64,000 nucleotides of DNA from a virus. Its lineage: Duplodnaviria; Caudoviricetes. The stretch is taken from IMG/VR virus record IMGVR_UViG_3300033075_001053, positions 11,497 through 75,496 of that record. The stretch is one strand, 5' to 3'. Positions 28,545 through 38,669 of the stretch are shown here, piece after piece (the first letter of the stretch is position 1; each line of letters begins with the position of its first letter). Position numbers and translations under genes: made by a program. The notes below the pieces were generated by a model, which had not been told where the DNA came from, searched no databases, and worked only from the letters and a program-made list of their open reading frames with translations.

Positions 28545-28868
28545 ATGAACGAACTATTTTCTCCGCCGACCGCGGTACCCGACGACTTCACCTTGGGCGT
28601 GTCCAAGAAGAAGGACAAGAATAGCATTATGGATCGCAAGGCGTTTCGTCTTGGCGTTCAGACGGCTATCAACGCACAGACTCAGCAAAGTTTGAATCAA
28701 CAACAGTCCCAACTCCAGAACGCAACCATGCAGTTTCTTCAGATCCAGGCTCAAGCGGCCTTGGGTCAACAGGCTCTTGCTAATCAGCACATGCAGCAGA
28801 GCCAGGGCGGCGGACCTCAGGAGATGGTACATTATCACACAGCCTTGCCTAACCAGATGCCTCAGTGA
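28545..28868 (+). CDS. Gln-rich hypothetical protein
   Basis: QTQQSLNQQQSQLQ...QIQAQAALGQQ; ATG 3 bp after the upstream stop; GTGA overlap downstream. Confidence 0.55.
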   Translation: MNELFSPPTAVPDDFTLGVSKKKDKNSIMDRKAFRLGVQTAINAQTQQSLNQQQSQLQNATMQFLQIQAQAALGQQALANQHMQQSQGGGPQEMVHYHTALPNQMPQ

Positions 28869-29497
28869 CCACTTATCAAATGATAGATCGGTTGAGGGAC
28901 ATGCTCGACGATCCAAAAGGTGGGCCAAGGAAAGTCGGTGAAAGTTACTCAGACCTTGAAATAATCAGCCAGCTCGACATTTCGACTCTGGATGTGACCC
29001 GTTTTTTCTATGAGAACCGGGCGATCTTTCGTTTGCAGCGCCTTGTCAAGGTCGAACAACTACAGATCTTAGGCGATCCCTATACCTATTCCAACTTCAC
29101 AGACGGGCTCTTTGTACTTCGGTGTACCTTTGGCCGTGTTCCGGCGCGGATTTATACCGGAGGACTCGGGGATATCTTTGAAGCGCCGGATCATTACGCG
29201 GTGATGGTCGAAGGGTCAGACCTGGTTTTTGTTGGCGGACTCAATCTTGATGCGTGGTTTTGGTACATCAAAAAGCCAAGATTGTGGGGAGGAAACTTTT
29301 CTCTGGATCACACAGACTTCGAGCGGTCGGTCTATAACGCTATTGCTTATCACGCCGCCGGAACGCTGGCCATTAAGAACGAAGGAACAGAAGACGCAAG
29401 AACAGCCAATCGATACTTGTCCTACTACGGGCAACTTATCGGCAAGCTCGCGGAGGCCTCGTCTATGCAAATCATTATGGACGAGGTGGTGATGTGA
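28865..29497 (+). CDS. Head-tail adaptor/ring protein, paralog 1
   Basis: N-terminal helix MTTYQMIDRLRDML, C-terminal helix IAYHAAGTL; P22 gp4/T7 gp11-like layout. Confidence 0.6.
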   Translation: MTTYQMIDRLRDMLDDPKGGPRKVGESYSDLEIISQLDISTLDVTRFFYENRAIFRLQRLVKVEQLQILGDPYTYSNFTDGLFVLRCTFGRVPARIYTGGLGDIFEAPDHYAVMVEGSDLVFVGGLNLDAWFWYIKKPRLWGGNFSLDHTDFERSVYNAIAYHAAGTLAIKNEGTEDARTANRYLSYYGQLIGKLAEASSMQIIMDEVVM

Positions 29498-30117
29498 CCG
29501 TACGGCAAGCAGTCAATATCGTTCGAACAATGCTCGACCAAAGCGGGGAGGAGTTTTACCCAATTGTGGAAATCCTCATTGCGCTTGAAGACGCTCAGAT
29601 CGAGAAGGCGCGGGAGTATTATCGCAGTGGTCGGCGGGAGTACATTCAAAGTCTCTATGTCGGAGAGTCAATGGTAAACGGCGGGCTCACGGCCAGAGGT
29701 GACGTAAGTCATGTTTTGACCTATGACCCAATGTTTTTCGAGGCGTGTTTTGTTCGGATGTATCCGGATGAATCTTCCGCTCGAAGATTTGCTATCTACA
29801 TGGACCCGGCCAGATATGCTGAGTATCAGTTTTCGAACCAGGGTGTAGATGGAATTCGAACAGGGAAGCTACAGTATACTTTTGCCGGTAATGTCCTTCG
29901 TCATAACGGTGCGGACGACGGCGCAGGGGTTTACGCAGCCAGAGCGGTGTATTACCGCGAGCCTACGATCCCCTCGATCTCAACGGCATTCTTGCTACCG
30001 GACTATACCCATGGCGATATCGTGGACCGGGCGGCCAAAATGCTCAATGAGAAGAACCCAATTAACGATCATGAAGCAGTAGGTTTAACAAGTGACATTA
30101 TTCAAAGGAAACAGTAA
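29494..30117 (+). CDS. Head-tail adaptor/ring protein, paralog 2
   Basis: MTVRQAVNIVRTML ... LLPDYTHGDIVDRAAKML. Confidence 0.6.
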   Translation: MTVRQAVNIVRTMLDQSGEEFYPIVEILIALEDAQIEKAREYYRSGRREYIQSLYVGESMVNGGLTARGDVSHVLTYDPMFFEACFVRMYPDESSARRFAIYMDPARYAEYQFSNQGVDGIRTGKLQYTFAGNVLRHNGADDGAGVYAARAVYYREPTIPSISTAFLLPDYTHGDIVDRAAKMLNEKNPINDHEAVGLTSDIIQRKQ

Positions 30118-30188
30118 TGGCAGGAAGCACAACAAGACTCGGCGTGAGAACAACACAAACTCACAATCCTCAGGATCTTAAACGGTGA
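30117..30188 (+). CDS. 23-aa peptide paralogous to the MCP N-terminal arm (absent from ORF track)
   Basis: MAGSTTRLGVRTTQTHNPQDLKR; TAATG coupling to the upstream gene; 17 of 19 residues identical to MCP residues 5-23. Confidence 0.75.
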   Translation: MAGSTTRLGVRTTQTHNPQDLKR

Positions 30189-30202
30189 GAGAACATTCCT
30201 CC

Positions 30203-30967
30203 ATGTTGGTTCGTGAGGTGATTGATATCATCCAGGATCAGCTTTCTTTGTACGAAGACCGAACAAAGGTCGACGGCAAAACAATCTGGCGCTTTCTTAA
30301 CAACGCCAGAAGGGAGGTGTTTTCTCGAATGATACCAGTGAAGGAGCAGGGATTTACCAAGGTGGTTCAGCTTGGACACGGTAGTCCATTGCCGGCGGAT
30401 TACTCGCGAACAATTCGCGTGTATGCTACAACTTCAGTAGGAATAGTCGAGTGCCGGCAGGCTGATCCTCGTGAGTGGTGGGACGTTACCAACCCGACCC
30501 GACAAAAGACCTTTACCTCTGGTAATGCCAGAAGCCCGGTGTATTGTCTGTGGGGAGAGATCTTAACGGGCGGGCGGGTGAGTCGGCTGGATAATACCTT
30601 AGGGATATTGCCACTAACACTCACTGACCCGAATCGTGACAAGGTGTTTTTCTACATTTCTCCATCGGTCTCTGCGACTATGGAGTACAATGGGAATTAT
30701 GGCGACCTTCCGGTGGACGTCAATGGGAATCCTGATCTTGGAGTATCGATACAAGTTCCCTATGAGTATGAGGAGCTGGTTCTACTTCTAACCAAGTGGA
30801 GATGCTTTCTCAAGATCATGGATAAGTCTAAGTGGATTTCACTTAATCAAACAATGATGAGCGAGGAACAGAGACTACGAAAAGCCTTTATTGCCCGGGA
30901 GCAGACCAAGAGTCAAGAGTTGTTGACCTTGATTGCCCCGCAACCATCAGTAACCCCTGATCTATAA
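30203..30967 (+). CDS. Head-tail adaptor/ring protein, paralog 3
   Basis: MLVREVIDIIQDQL ... VPYEYEELVLLLTKWRCF; ATG 30203 aligns with the paralog N-termini. Confidence 0.6.
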   Translation: MLVREVIDIIQDQLSLYEDRTKVDGKTIWRFLNNARREVFSRMIPVKEQGFTKVVQLGHGSPLPADYSRTIRVYATTSVGIVECRQADPREWWDVTNPTRQKTFTSGNARSPVYCLWGEILTGGRVSRLDNTLGILPLTLTDPNRDKVFFYISPSVSATMEYNGNYGDLPVDVNGNPDLGVSIQVPYEYEELVLLLTKWRCFLKIMDKSKWISLNQTMMSEEQRLRKAFIAREQTKSQELLTLIAPQPSVTPDL

Positions 30968-31806
30968 TGCCGCATACTTGCAAGACATACATGGAAGAGG
31001 CGATGCTGAGGCTTAACCGGTACGAAGTTCAGGCCGAGCTCGACGACGGTTCAGCAGAGATGCTGGTCAATCTTGCGCGCCGGGATGTGCAACTGGCCAC
31101 GATAGGTCTGTTCCCCGAACGCTACGCAGGCATTCACCGTCTTGACTTGGAGAACAATTTTCTCACAAGTGAGCTGCAGGAGTTCCGTCAAGTGATTACC
31201 AGAGGAGGCCTCCCGGATACTATTCGCTGGTATGGTTATCAACTCCCGGACGACTTCATTGAAGAGGTGGCTGTTTACGTAAAGTCAGAGGCCAATGGAG
31301 ATTGGTGGCGAGCCCGAAAGACCACAAAGCAAGAGATGTGGGCGGTCTCTCGTAGCTCAACGCTGGCTCCGACAGTAAGAGAGCCAATGTATTTCGTGGA
31401 GAAAGACACTGATTCTGATGCTTATCGAATTGCCTGTAGTCACGGAGGAACGCCGATCATTGCTTCTGAGTGGATTGAGGTTTGGTACAAGAAAGCCCTG
31501 CGCTGGCTTCAGATGTTCAACAGCGACTACCAAGGGAATCCTGATGAGTCGGACATTGAGGTGGCGATGAATTATGAGTTCGAGGAATGGGTGGTCTACC
31601 GGCTTATGATCCGGGTTCTGGAGAAGCTTAATTGGGCAGACCAAAACATCAAACAAATCATTGATTTGGATATTCAGCGAATTGTATCTTTATCGAGTTC
31701 AAACTTTAGTACAAGTATCGACGAAGTTGGGATATTGGTGCCGAGCAAGAGACAGACCTGGCCGGTCCCAACGTACGAAGTACCACATGAGGCTCCGCAA
31801 CAATGA
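30967..31806 (+). CDS. Head-tail adaptor/ring protein, paralog 4
   Basis: LVNLARRDVQ, YQLPDDFIE, MNYEFEEWVVYRLMIRVL. Confidence 0.6.
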   Translation: MPHTCKTYMEEAMLRLNRYEVQAELDDGSAEMLVNLARRDVQLATIGLFPERYAGIHRLDLENNFLTSELQEFRQVITRGGLPDTIRWYGYQLPDDFIEEVAVYVKSEANGDWWRARKTTKQEMWAVSRSSTLAPTVREPMYFVEKDTDSDAYRIACSHGGTPIIASEWIEVWYKKALRWLQMFNSDYQGNPDESDIEVAMNYEFEEWVVYRLMIRVLEKLNWADQNIKQIIDLDIQRIVSLSSSNFSTSIDEVGILVPSKRQTWPVPTYEVPHEAPQQ

Positions 31807-32558
31807 CAACCTGGCACGAATACTACGACGACTTCGAGCAGAAGATCCGGCTCTACCAACAGCGACTTCCAATGACGGAAGTTTCTTTCATGCGTCTGGC
31901 CTCAGAAGCACTGCAGGCCGCAGAGCGTCGGACGGTTGTTGTCGATAACACTAAGACGATTTCCGGTACGGACGGGATTACCTTTGACCTTACGACAGCG
32001 GGTGAAGGGTATGATGTGCTGATTCTTCAAAAAGTTATCGATCCCTATGGTGCAGAGATAGTGCCTCAGTCTGTCAGTCAGAAGCAAGACAGCATGGAAC
32101 TGGCATACTATGGGCTTAACGAACCTCCGCACCGATTCTCTCGCGGGAAAGTAGGGACCACGATTGGCACTACGTCTGGGTACGAACACCGAATCTACGA
32201 TTCGAATGGTTCGCAGATCAGAGTCTATCCGGCGCTCAGACCCAGTGATGTTCTAACGATACAGTACTTTGTTGAGATCCACAAGTTCTCCGCAAACTCC
32301 CCGCAGTGGGCGGCGTTCTTTCCGCTTAACACCGCCTTCGGTACGGCCTTCGAGCTGGCTCCGCCACTGGAATGGCAGCAACTCGACGACTGCATGATGG
32401 CTTATTGTGTGATGGAGTACCTGATTAATATCGGTAATCCGAATTTTGTTGTTTGGCAGCAACGCTACGAACAGGCTTTGCAGACAGTGAAAGACAATCA
32501 GCAGACATTCTTCACAGAGGGCGCGACCCCGTATACAACTACGCCTCATGGCTTCTAA
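31803..32558 (+). CDS. Head-tail adaptor/ring protein, paralog 5
   Basis: IRVYPA, PLEWQQLDDCMMAYCVMEYL...WQQRYEQAL. Confidence 0.6.
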   Translation: MTTWHEYYDDFEQKIRLYQQRLPMTEVSFMRLASEALQAAERRTVVVDNTKTISGTDGITFDLTTAGEGYDVLILQKVIDPYGAEIVPQSVSQKQDSMELAYYGLNEPPHRFSRGKVGTTIGTTSGYEHRIYDSNGSQIRVYPALRPSDVLTIQYFVEIHKFSANSPQWAAFFPLNTAFGTAFELAPPLEWQQLDDCMMAYCVMEYLINIGNPNFVVWQQRYEQALQTVKDNQQTFFTEGATPYTTTPHGF

Positions 32559-35500
32559 CAAACAGGTCATATTTCCCAACCTGGGACTTGCGATGAATCC
32601 TCAGCCTGATGCCATTCAGGATGGACAGGCCTCTGATATGTTGAACCTGCGCTTTAACAAGCTCGGGTATATGGTCAACCGCAATGGAGTGAAGGCATTT
32701 GACTTTGTGGAAGAAGTGATCCCGGTTGCCTCGTCTCTTACAGAAAAGACACACGGGGCTATGCAGGTCGGTGAGTTTATTCTGTCTCATAAGGTGATTG
32801 ATTACGTGACTTTTACCTGGGCGCATGATCTTTCGGACAATCAACTTCGTGCTGGTGCGGTTCGAATTGAAGATCACGATGAGACGGCAGAAATCTCCTA
32901 TCCGGAATTCGACAGATTTATGGTCTTTGCTCTTCGCAACGAAGGCAATCTGATGAATCTGTATCTCGTTCCCTTGGTTCCGTTCGAGCCGGGGAATTAT
33001 TTATCGAATCAGAAGTCAGACATACGAGTTTCGATCTATGCCAACAACAATGACATTGCATTCTTCTGTGCTCCTGAAACGCCGGAAGGTAACGCTAAAG
33101 GTCCCATGCTCGCTCCGTCGCGCAGACTCAGTCGCAGCATTGACGGAAGTTGGATTGACGAGAACGGTACGATAGATGATCTTAATTGGATTGATCACTA
33201 CATTGATTTCATTCAGTACAACAAGTCCTTTATCATCTGCGACCGGACTAACGGTGATATGATCATTCGCGACCGGTGGGATGACACGGAAACAGGAAAT
33301 GAAAAGACTCACGACCTGCGACTTCAAGAAAACACAAAGGCATTCTTTGATATTGACTGTGTTCGTTTCGACCCACGAGTGGGGGAGGGAGAACAGAACG
33401 CTTCAGGAGTAGAACACGGAATGGCTTTGTATCACTTCTACCTCAAGCGCAAGCGAGCTCTGACGACCGTTGATAATGTTACCGATGGATTTATTAATCA
33501 GAGCGGAGACAAGCCGTCGTTTACAGAGGTTGACGACGGGACGGACAAGTACTTTGATATCGGGACAGAAATGACCCAACGTCTGCATAGATCAAATGCG
33601 TTTGCTCGTGGGTTTACGTCTGATGTGAAAAACAATGACGGCAATCATTTTGATGGACTGTTCAAAGCTTTACTTGTCAACAAGCAAAAAGACTATGTAT
33701 TCTCAAGCTACAAAGAAGAAACTGAAATAGACAGTCTTTTAGATGCTGCAACTCTTTACAACCCAGAGAATCCTCGCAAGTTCGACGAGAACGGAGCCGA
33801 GATAATTAATATTGCTTCTGATGTTTATATCTGGAATGATTTAAGACTGACGTATTATCCGTGCTCCGGCAAAGACGAGGGCGAAATCTATCTTCGAGAC
33901 TACGACAGAGAGTTCAGTAAGAAGGTTCCAATCAACCCGAGAATTGTAAAGCTCAAAACCAGACTCGGCATAGAACAGACCATTCCTCTTGGTGTGTGGG
34001 GCTACCGGTTTGTGTGGGATATGGGCAACGGAGAGTACTCGGCTCCGTCGACCGTCATGCAGATCCCCGATAAACTGTGGTCTGCAATTCCTGATGATGA
34101 AATTTTAGATTACGGTGACGAGTATCATCGTTACTACACCTACTCTGGAACCGGAGGGGAGAGCGGCTGGGAGGAAAGATCCTCTGCCGATGGGAATTGG
34201 AGCCCGGGGATTTCCAATTTGACTGCCAATGCTATCTATACGGCAGCCTACAACAAGATCCGCCAGAAGCTTTACAATCAGCCGTTTGGCTACTCTACCA
34301 ATACAGCGATTGAGCAAACCCTAATTACGGTTTATCATCATTCTGATGAGTTAATACTTGATGGGGTAATTGCCGAGAGTGCGTATCTGTCAATGGAGTG
34401 TGATGAAGATAATTGGAAGCTCAATAAAGTATCAATCGATTGGACTTTCCAACACAAACTTGCCATTCCGTTGGTTACACAAGATGGTTCGGACTATACA
34501 CTAAATCCAATATTTAATGCACGACAGAGCCTAACTTTCGATAGCAATGGGTTTATGCGGCGGTCTCTTAGTCCACAAGACACAATTGATTTTGAAATAA
34601 TCCTGCCGGGCGACAGTATGAATTTCGGCCCAGGGATGGGAGATGTTGGGTATGACCTTCTTACGGGATATTGCGAGGTTCAAAGTACAAATGTTTGGTC
34701 TGATACTCCGTTCGGAGATGATGGCGAGTCTTTGTGGATGGATCCAGAAGGGATTCGCAGTCATGAGCCCGAGCGCACACGGCACCTTCAGGCTATTTCT
34801 CTGCAAAGCAACTTCTACTTTAATCTTGTTAGGAACAAAAGCACAGACTTCAATGGCAACAGTGCTATAGAACAGCCAACTATCTGCCGTTTTGTGAAAG
34901 AGCAAGACAAACGATTGTCATGGACAAAGATCGATGCCGATCCAGATGTGGTGTCAAGACTGATTAATACCGGAGTTGCAGAGTTTATCCTTGCTCAGAA
35001 TGGCGATAAGGGTGTTTTAGCTAATGAGGTATGGTGGAGAGATTTGGTAGCGGGAGTAAGTCAAAGACAATATCGGGACCTATTGCAGTACGGATATGAT
35101 CGTGAGTGGTCATTGACCGGAACGAATGATGGCGCTTTGGACCGCGGGCAAATTGTGAATATTACCAGCGGATCATACAAGCCTCATACTGCAGGAGTTC
35201 TTTGTTTGTACGACAGTTTTATCCAGCGGTTTTTCAAAAGAGATACCGGAAGCTTTACAGCCGACTATAACATGCGGGCTGGAAACGCATACACAATCAA
35301 TGTTGAGCACATTCCTCAGCCGCCTCCCGATCCTCCTAAACACCCGGAGGATCCTACGATTGACAACCTTACGGTTGCCATGTATTTGCCGGGCGAACGC
35401 CTGATGATCCCTGAACAGCTCACGGCGTACTTCCCGTCGTCGCACTTGTTCAACGCTCCGAAGGCATACTTCAAAATTGACGGGAAGGACATTCCTTCTC

Positions 35501-38121
35501 GCGCTAAACGGCTCTTGATCTACCGTACGCTTTGTTCGCACGACAATCAGTGGCAGCCGGATAGTTTTGGGTACGTTGACGCGGTCGCAGTCAATCGCGA
35601 GGAGACGTTAGACTTTGTTGCTTCTGGTATTCCGTCAAAGGTATCGGTTCTGAAGACCAATGTTGCTGAGGATCTGACGTACTTTGATGAGAAGAAAGAT
35701 ACAGATCTTGACTTCACCAAGAACCCTAATGATCACGATGGTTTAATTCACCCATTGCAAAGCCGGTTCGGACTCCCGCTGAACGAGCGGATGTACTACG
35801 CGCACTTCAAGGAGACCTATCAACCCTACTCTCCGAGAGCGTTTGTTGTCAATGACTATCAGGACAACACAGCAGGGTCGGGTACGCTACAGCCGTCTTC
35901 TCCGGCGACCTCTCTTCACCCGCAATCACTCATTCCTATGCCAATGGAGATTGTGGTCAATGTTCAAAGTGGAACATTCGTAGAAGGAGAAACGATTACT
36001 GGAGCTACGAGTGGGGCCACGGCTACCATTTGGAAGATCTACGGCAATTTGTTTCAACTCAAGGATATTGTTGGAGCCTTTAAGGACGATGGGTCGGTCG
36101 AAGTCATCAACGGCGGGACATCTGGAGCTCAAGGGTGGATTGCCAACACTGACCAAACTCTAAGTGGGTTCAAGTACTACTATCACCGCTGGCCTCAGCT
36201 TTCCTTCAACAGTGTTTGGAGGGAGCTTAAAGCTCATGATACGGAAGACAATCGTAAGGCCGGGTACTCCCCGATGTTCCAAGGGAAGATTTTCCAGTAC
36301 TTTGTTGTATTCAAGGACAAGATCGGAGAATTCTCTGCGATTAAGGGGGACAACGACGATCCTCTTACCGCCTCTCCTCTTCTTGGTTATCCTGATTACG
36401 AAGGACAGGTGCCAACGCATTTCATTCAAGCGGACTTTTCTGCCGTGACCTCTGGTACTTTAGGAGCTGTGGCGTTTTGTTTAACCGGATATCCGTATCA
36501 GGACATTTACGAAGAGTGTGAAATCTACCGCTCGGATGTAACTAATGGCCCTGGGACAAACAAGTACTACAAGATCGGTCACATCAAAGCCAGCGACGAA
36601 GGGATTTTCATCGACACCGGAATACCAAATGGTTTACCGTGGGACAAGTATGATCCTGATCTTGCAAACTATCCTATTAGTCCGCCGATGATAGAGGACT
36701 ACCGTGACTCTGTCAGATGGAGCGAGGTTTATAGTCCGTCGGAAATCAAACTTGAATCCGTGGAATCTTTTCTTATCGGTAACGGAGACGGGATTACCGG
36801 TATTGCTCCGATTGATGGCTCTCTTCTGATCTTCAAGGAACGGTCGGTAATTCGCGCTATGACCGGTGGAGGGGTGGATATCACCCGCCGGGATATCATA
36901 TCGAATCAGTATGGATGTATCGCGCCGGAGACCATTGTCCCCTACAACGAGCACGTCTACTTTCTCTCGTGGTTTGGTCTGATGAGATACAACAACAATG
37001 AGATTGTCAAAGCCGATGGAGCCTTCTCCTACGAGCTTGACCGGCGTCTGAGAAACCAGATCGACGGTATCCGCGACCCGGCTATTCGAGACGCTTCGTG
37101 TACCCTTAACCCGGTGTACAAGGAATTGTATCTCAATATCCCTACTGCTCCCGATCCTACGTATGATGTAGAGAACAAGGGAACGAAAGGACATATCTAC
37201 GTCATCAATCTTGAAACGAATCTTGTAACAAAGTTTGGCTATGAAACAGGAGACACAGACCGGCCTCGTACCGGGAATCCGGAGTATTGGTCGGAAGGAC
37301 CGATCCCGAGATATCAAGCCGGCGAAACAGTTGACCCTACGACTGGAACGTGGCCTCGCTCCCAGGGACGTTTATATTACGCAAACTCATACGGACAGCT
37401 CTGGAGTGCAGATATTCTTCCGCGCAATCAAAAGTCTCTTATTTGGATTACCGATCTCATTTTTCAAACGGGTGGTCCGGGTCTTCAAGTCGGAGAAATT
37501 GTAGACGGGCTTGTTTCTGCAGCCGTCGGGAAAGTTTATGATGTAACAGGCAATGACATTGACGGATACAAGGTTCACGTTCTGATTCTCAACAAGAAGT
37601 TCAACACTACAGGCGTGGAAAGACTTCGCGGACGTACGACTCAGGCAGAAGTTGATGTCAACTTTCTTGGCGATATCGATTACACCGAAGGAACTTCAAG
37701 CTATGTATACCTGGAGGCTCCGACTGATCTGGAGACTGACGACTACCAACCTGGAATTGATATTGATGGGACTCCAATGCCGGGACCGTTGCTGGTGCGG
37801 GGGCTTATCCAAACGTGGTTTAGAACCAAAGCCTTTAACATGGGTGATCCTTCACAACTCAAACGAGTGTGGAAGGTTTATGCTGAGGTGGTGGCCGGGA
37901 AGAACATTCGCATCACCATGGAGGCTGATAACAGTGAGTATGACAATGATCAAAGAAGCGGTGGTGGCTTTGGAGATGTTGGTAAGTTGGAGTTTGTTCC
38001 GCCGTTCAAGGAGGGCGTAGATCGTGGCGAAAGGATTACTTTTGAAGTTGCTTCTCGTGGCATCACTGAGATCCAGAACATGTCGTTCATTTGGAAAACA
38101 CCTAATCCGTATTACAGATAA
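32548..38121 (+). CDS. Large tail nozzle/stabilisation protein (P22 gp10/T7 gp12-like with insertions, 1857 aa)
   Basis: N-terminal GLAMNPQPDAIQDGQASDMLNLRF; C-terminal GDGITGIAPIDGSLLIFKERSV...YGCIAPETIV...HVYFLSWFG propeller; follows the ring genes. Confidence 0.7.
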   Translation: MASNKQVIFPNLGLAMNPQPDAIQDGQASDMLNLRFNKLGYMVNRNGVKAFDFVEEVIPVASSLTEKTHGAMQVGEFILSHKVIDYVTFTWAHDLSDNQLRAGAVRIEDHDETAEISYPEFDRFMVFALRNEGNLMNLYLVPLVPFEPGNYLSNQKSDIRVSIYANNNDIAFFCAPETPEGNAKGPMLAPSRRLSRSIDGSWIDENGTIDDLNWIDHYIDFIQYNKSFIICDRTNGDMIIRDRWDDTETGNEKTHDLRLQENTKAFFDIDCVRFDPRVGEGEQNASGVEHGMALYHFYLKRKRALTTVDNVTDGFINQSGDKPSFTEVDDGTDKYFDIGTEMTQRLHRSNAFARGFTSDVKNNDGNHFDGLFKALLVNKQKDYVFSSYKEETEIDSLLDAATLYNPENPRKFDENGAEIINIASDVYIWNDLRLTYYPCSGKDEGEIYLRDYDREFSKKVPINPRIVKLKTRLGIEQTIPLGVWGYRFVWDMGNGEYSAPSTVMQIPDKLWSAIPDDEILDYGDEYHRYYTYSGTGGESGWEERSSADGNWSPGISNLTANAIYTAAYNKIRQKLYNQPFGYSTNTAIEQTLITVYHHSDELILDGVIAESAYLSMECDEDNWKLNKVSIDWTFQHKLAIPLVTQDGSDYTLNPIFNARQSLTFDSNGFMRRSLSPQDTIDFEIILPGDSMNFGPGMGDVGYDLLTGYCEVQSTNVWSDTPFGDDGESLWMDPEGIRSHEPERTRHLQAISLQSNFYFNLVRNKSTDFNGNSAIEQPTICRFVKEQDKRLSWTKIDADPDVVSRLINTGVAEFILAQNGDKGVLANEVWWRDLVAGVSQRQYRDLLQYGYDREWSLTGTNDGALDRGQIVNITSGSYKPHTAGVLCLYDSFIQRFFKRDTGSFTADYNMRAGNAYTINVEHIPQPPPDPPKHPEDPTIDNLTVAMYLPGERLMIPEQLTAYFPSSHLFNAPKAYFKIDGKDIPSRAKRLLIYRTLCSHDNQWQPDSFGYVDAVAVNREETLDFVASGIPSKVSVLKTNVAEDLTYFDEKKDTDLDFTKNPNDHDGLIHPLQSRFGLPLNERMYYAHFKETYQPYSPRAFVVNDYQDNTAGSGTLQPSSPATSLHPQSLIPMPMEIVVNVQSGTFVEGETITGATSGATATIWKIYGNLFQLKDIVGAFKDDGSVEVINGGTSGAQGWIANTDQTLSGFKYYYHRWPQLSFNSVWRELKAHDTEDNRKAGYSPMFQGKIFQYFVVFKDKIGEFSAIKGDNDDPLTASPLLGYPDYEGQVPTHFIQADFSAVTSGTLGAVAFCLTGYPYQDIYEECEIYRSDVTNGPGTNKYYKIGHIKASDEGIFIDTGIPNGLPWDKYDPDLANYPISPPMIEDYRDSVRWSEVYSPSEIKLESVESFLIGNGDGITGIAPIDGSLLIFKERSVIRAMTGGGVDITRRDIISNQYGCIAPETIVPYNEHVYFLSWFGLMRYNNNEIVKADGAFSYELDRRLRNQIDGIRDPAIRDASCTLNPVYKELYLNIPTAPDPTYDVENKGTKGHIYVINLETNLVTKFGYETGDTDRPRTGNPEYWSEGPIPRYQAGETVDPTTGTWPRSQGRLYYANSYGQLWSADILPRNQKSLIWITDLIFQTGGPGLQVGEIVDGLVSAAVGKVYDVTGNDIDGYKVHVLILNKKFNTTGVERLRGRTTQAEVDVNFLGDIDYTEGTSSYVYLEAPTDLETDDYQPGIDIDGTPMPGPLLVRGLIQTWFRTKAFNMGDPSQLKRVWKVYAEVVAGKNIRITMEADNSEYDNDQRSGGGFGDVGKLEFVPPFKEGVDRGERITFEVASRGITEIQNMSFIWKTPNPYYR

Positions 38122-38669
38122 TGGCTGAAACCCAGAAACTAAAAGCAAGATGGCTTCGAGATGGCCTCTACGACCAGATCATCAAAGGGTACGGAATAGA
38201 TATTGGCTGTGGCAGAATTGATGCTTTTGACGGGGCGGATCCGATTGCCCTGGAGAACTGTGTTCACCACGATAAGGATATTTGCGACGCGCACACGATG
38301 TCGGTCTTTGAGGACAATACCTTTGATTACGTATACGCAAGTCACGTCATCGAGCACCTGAAGGATCCACGCAAGGCGGTAAAGAATTGGGTTCGCATCT
38401 GCAAACCAGGAGGGAAGATTATCATCTACGCTCCTCACAGAGATTTGTACGAAGGGAAGAAGACTCTTCCGAGTGTGTGGAATGCTGATCACAAATACTT
38501 CTTTCTCCCTGACAAGTCTGAGATGCCGTGCACGCTTTCGCTTGCCGACGTTCTGAAGGACTGCGGGGCTACAGTTGATTGGATCAAGGAGTGTAGTGAA
38601 GGCTGGTCTAAGGAAGAAGGACAACATGCAACAGGTGAATATTCAATCGAGGCTGTGCTAACGAAATGA
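38121..38669 (+). CDS. Class I SAM-dependent methyltransferase (Methyltransf_11-like)
   Basis: GIDIGCG motif I; FEDNTFDYVYASHVIEHL; RICKPGG. Confidence 0.85.
   Translation: MAETQKLKARWLRDGLYDQIIKGYGIDIGCGRIDAFDGADPIALENCVHHDKDICDAHTMSVFEDNTFDYVYASHVIEHLKDPRKAVKNWVRICKPGGKIIIYAPHRDLYEGKKTLPSVWNADHKYFFLPDKSEMPCTLSLADVLKDCGATVDWIKECSEGWSKEEGQHATGEYSIEAVLTK

Noticed and set aside
30174-30190. Canonical -1 slippery heptamer joining the 23-aa ORF to ring 3
   Set aside because: CTTAAAC is not X-XXY-YYZ in the reading frame and the -1 frame has TAA at 30179; kept only as a weaker alternative.
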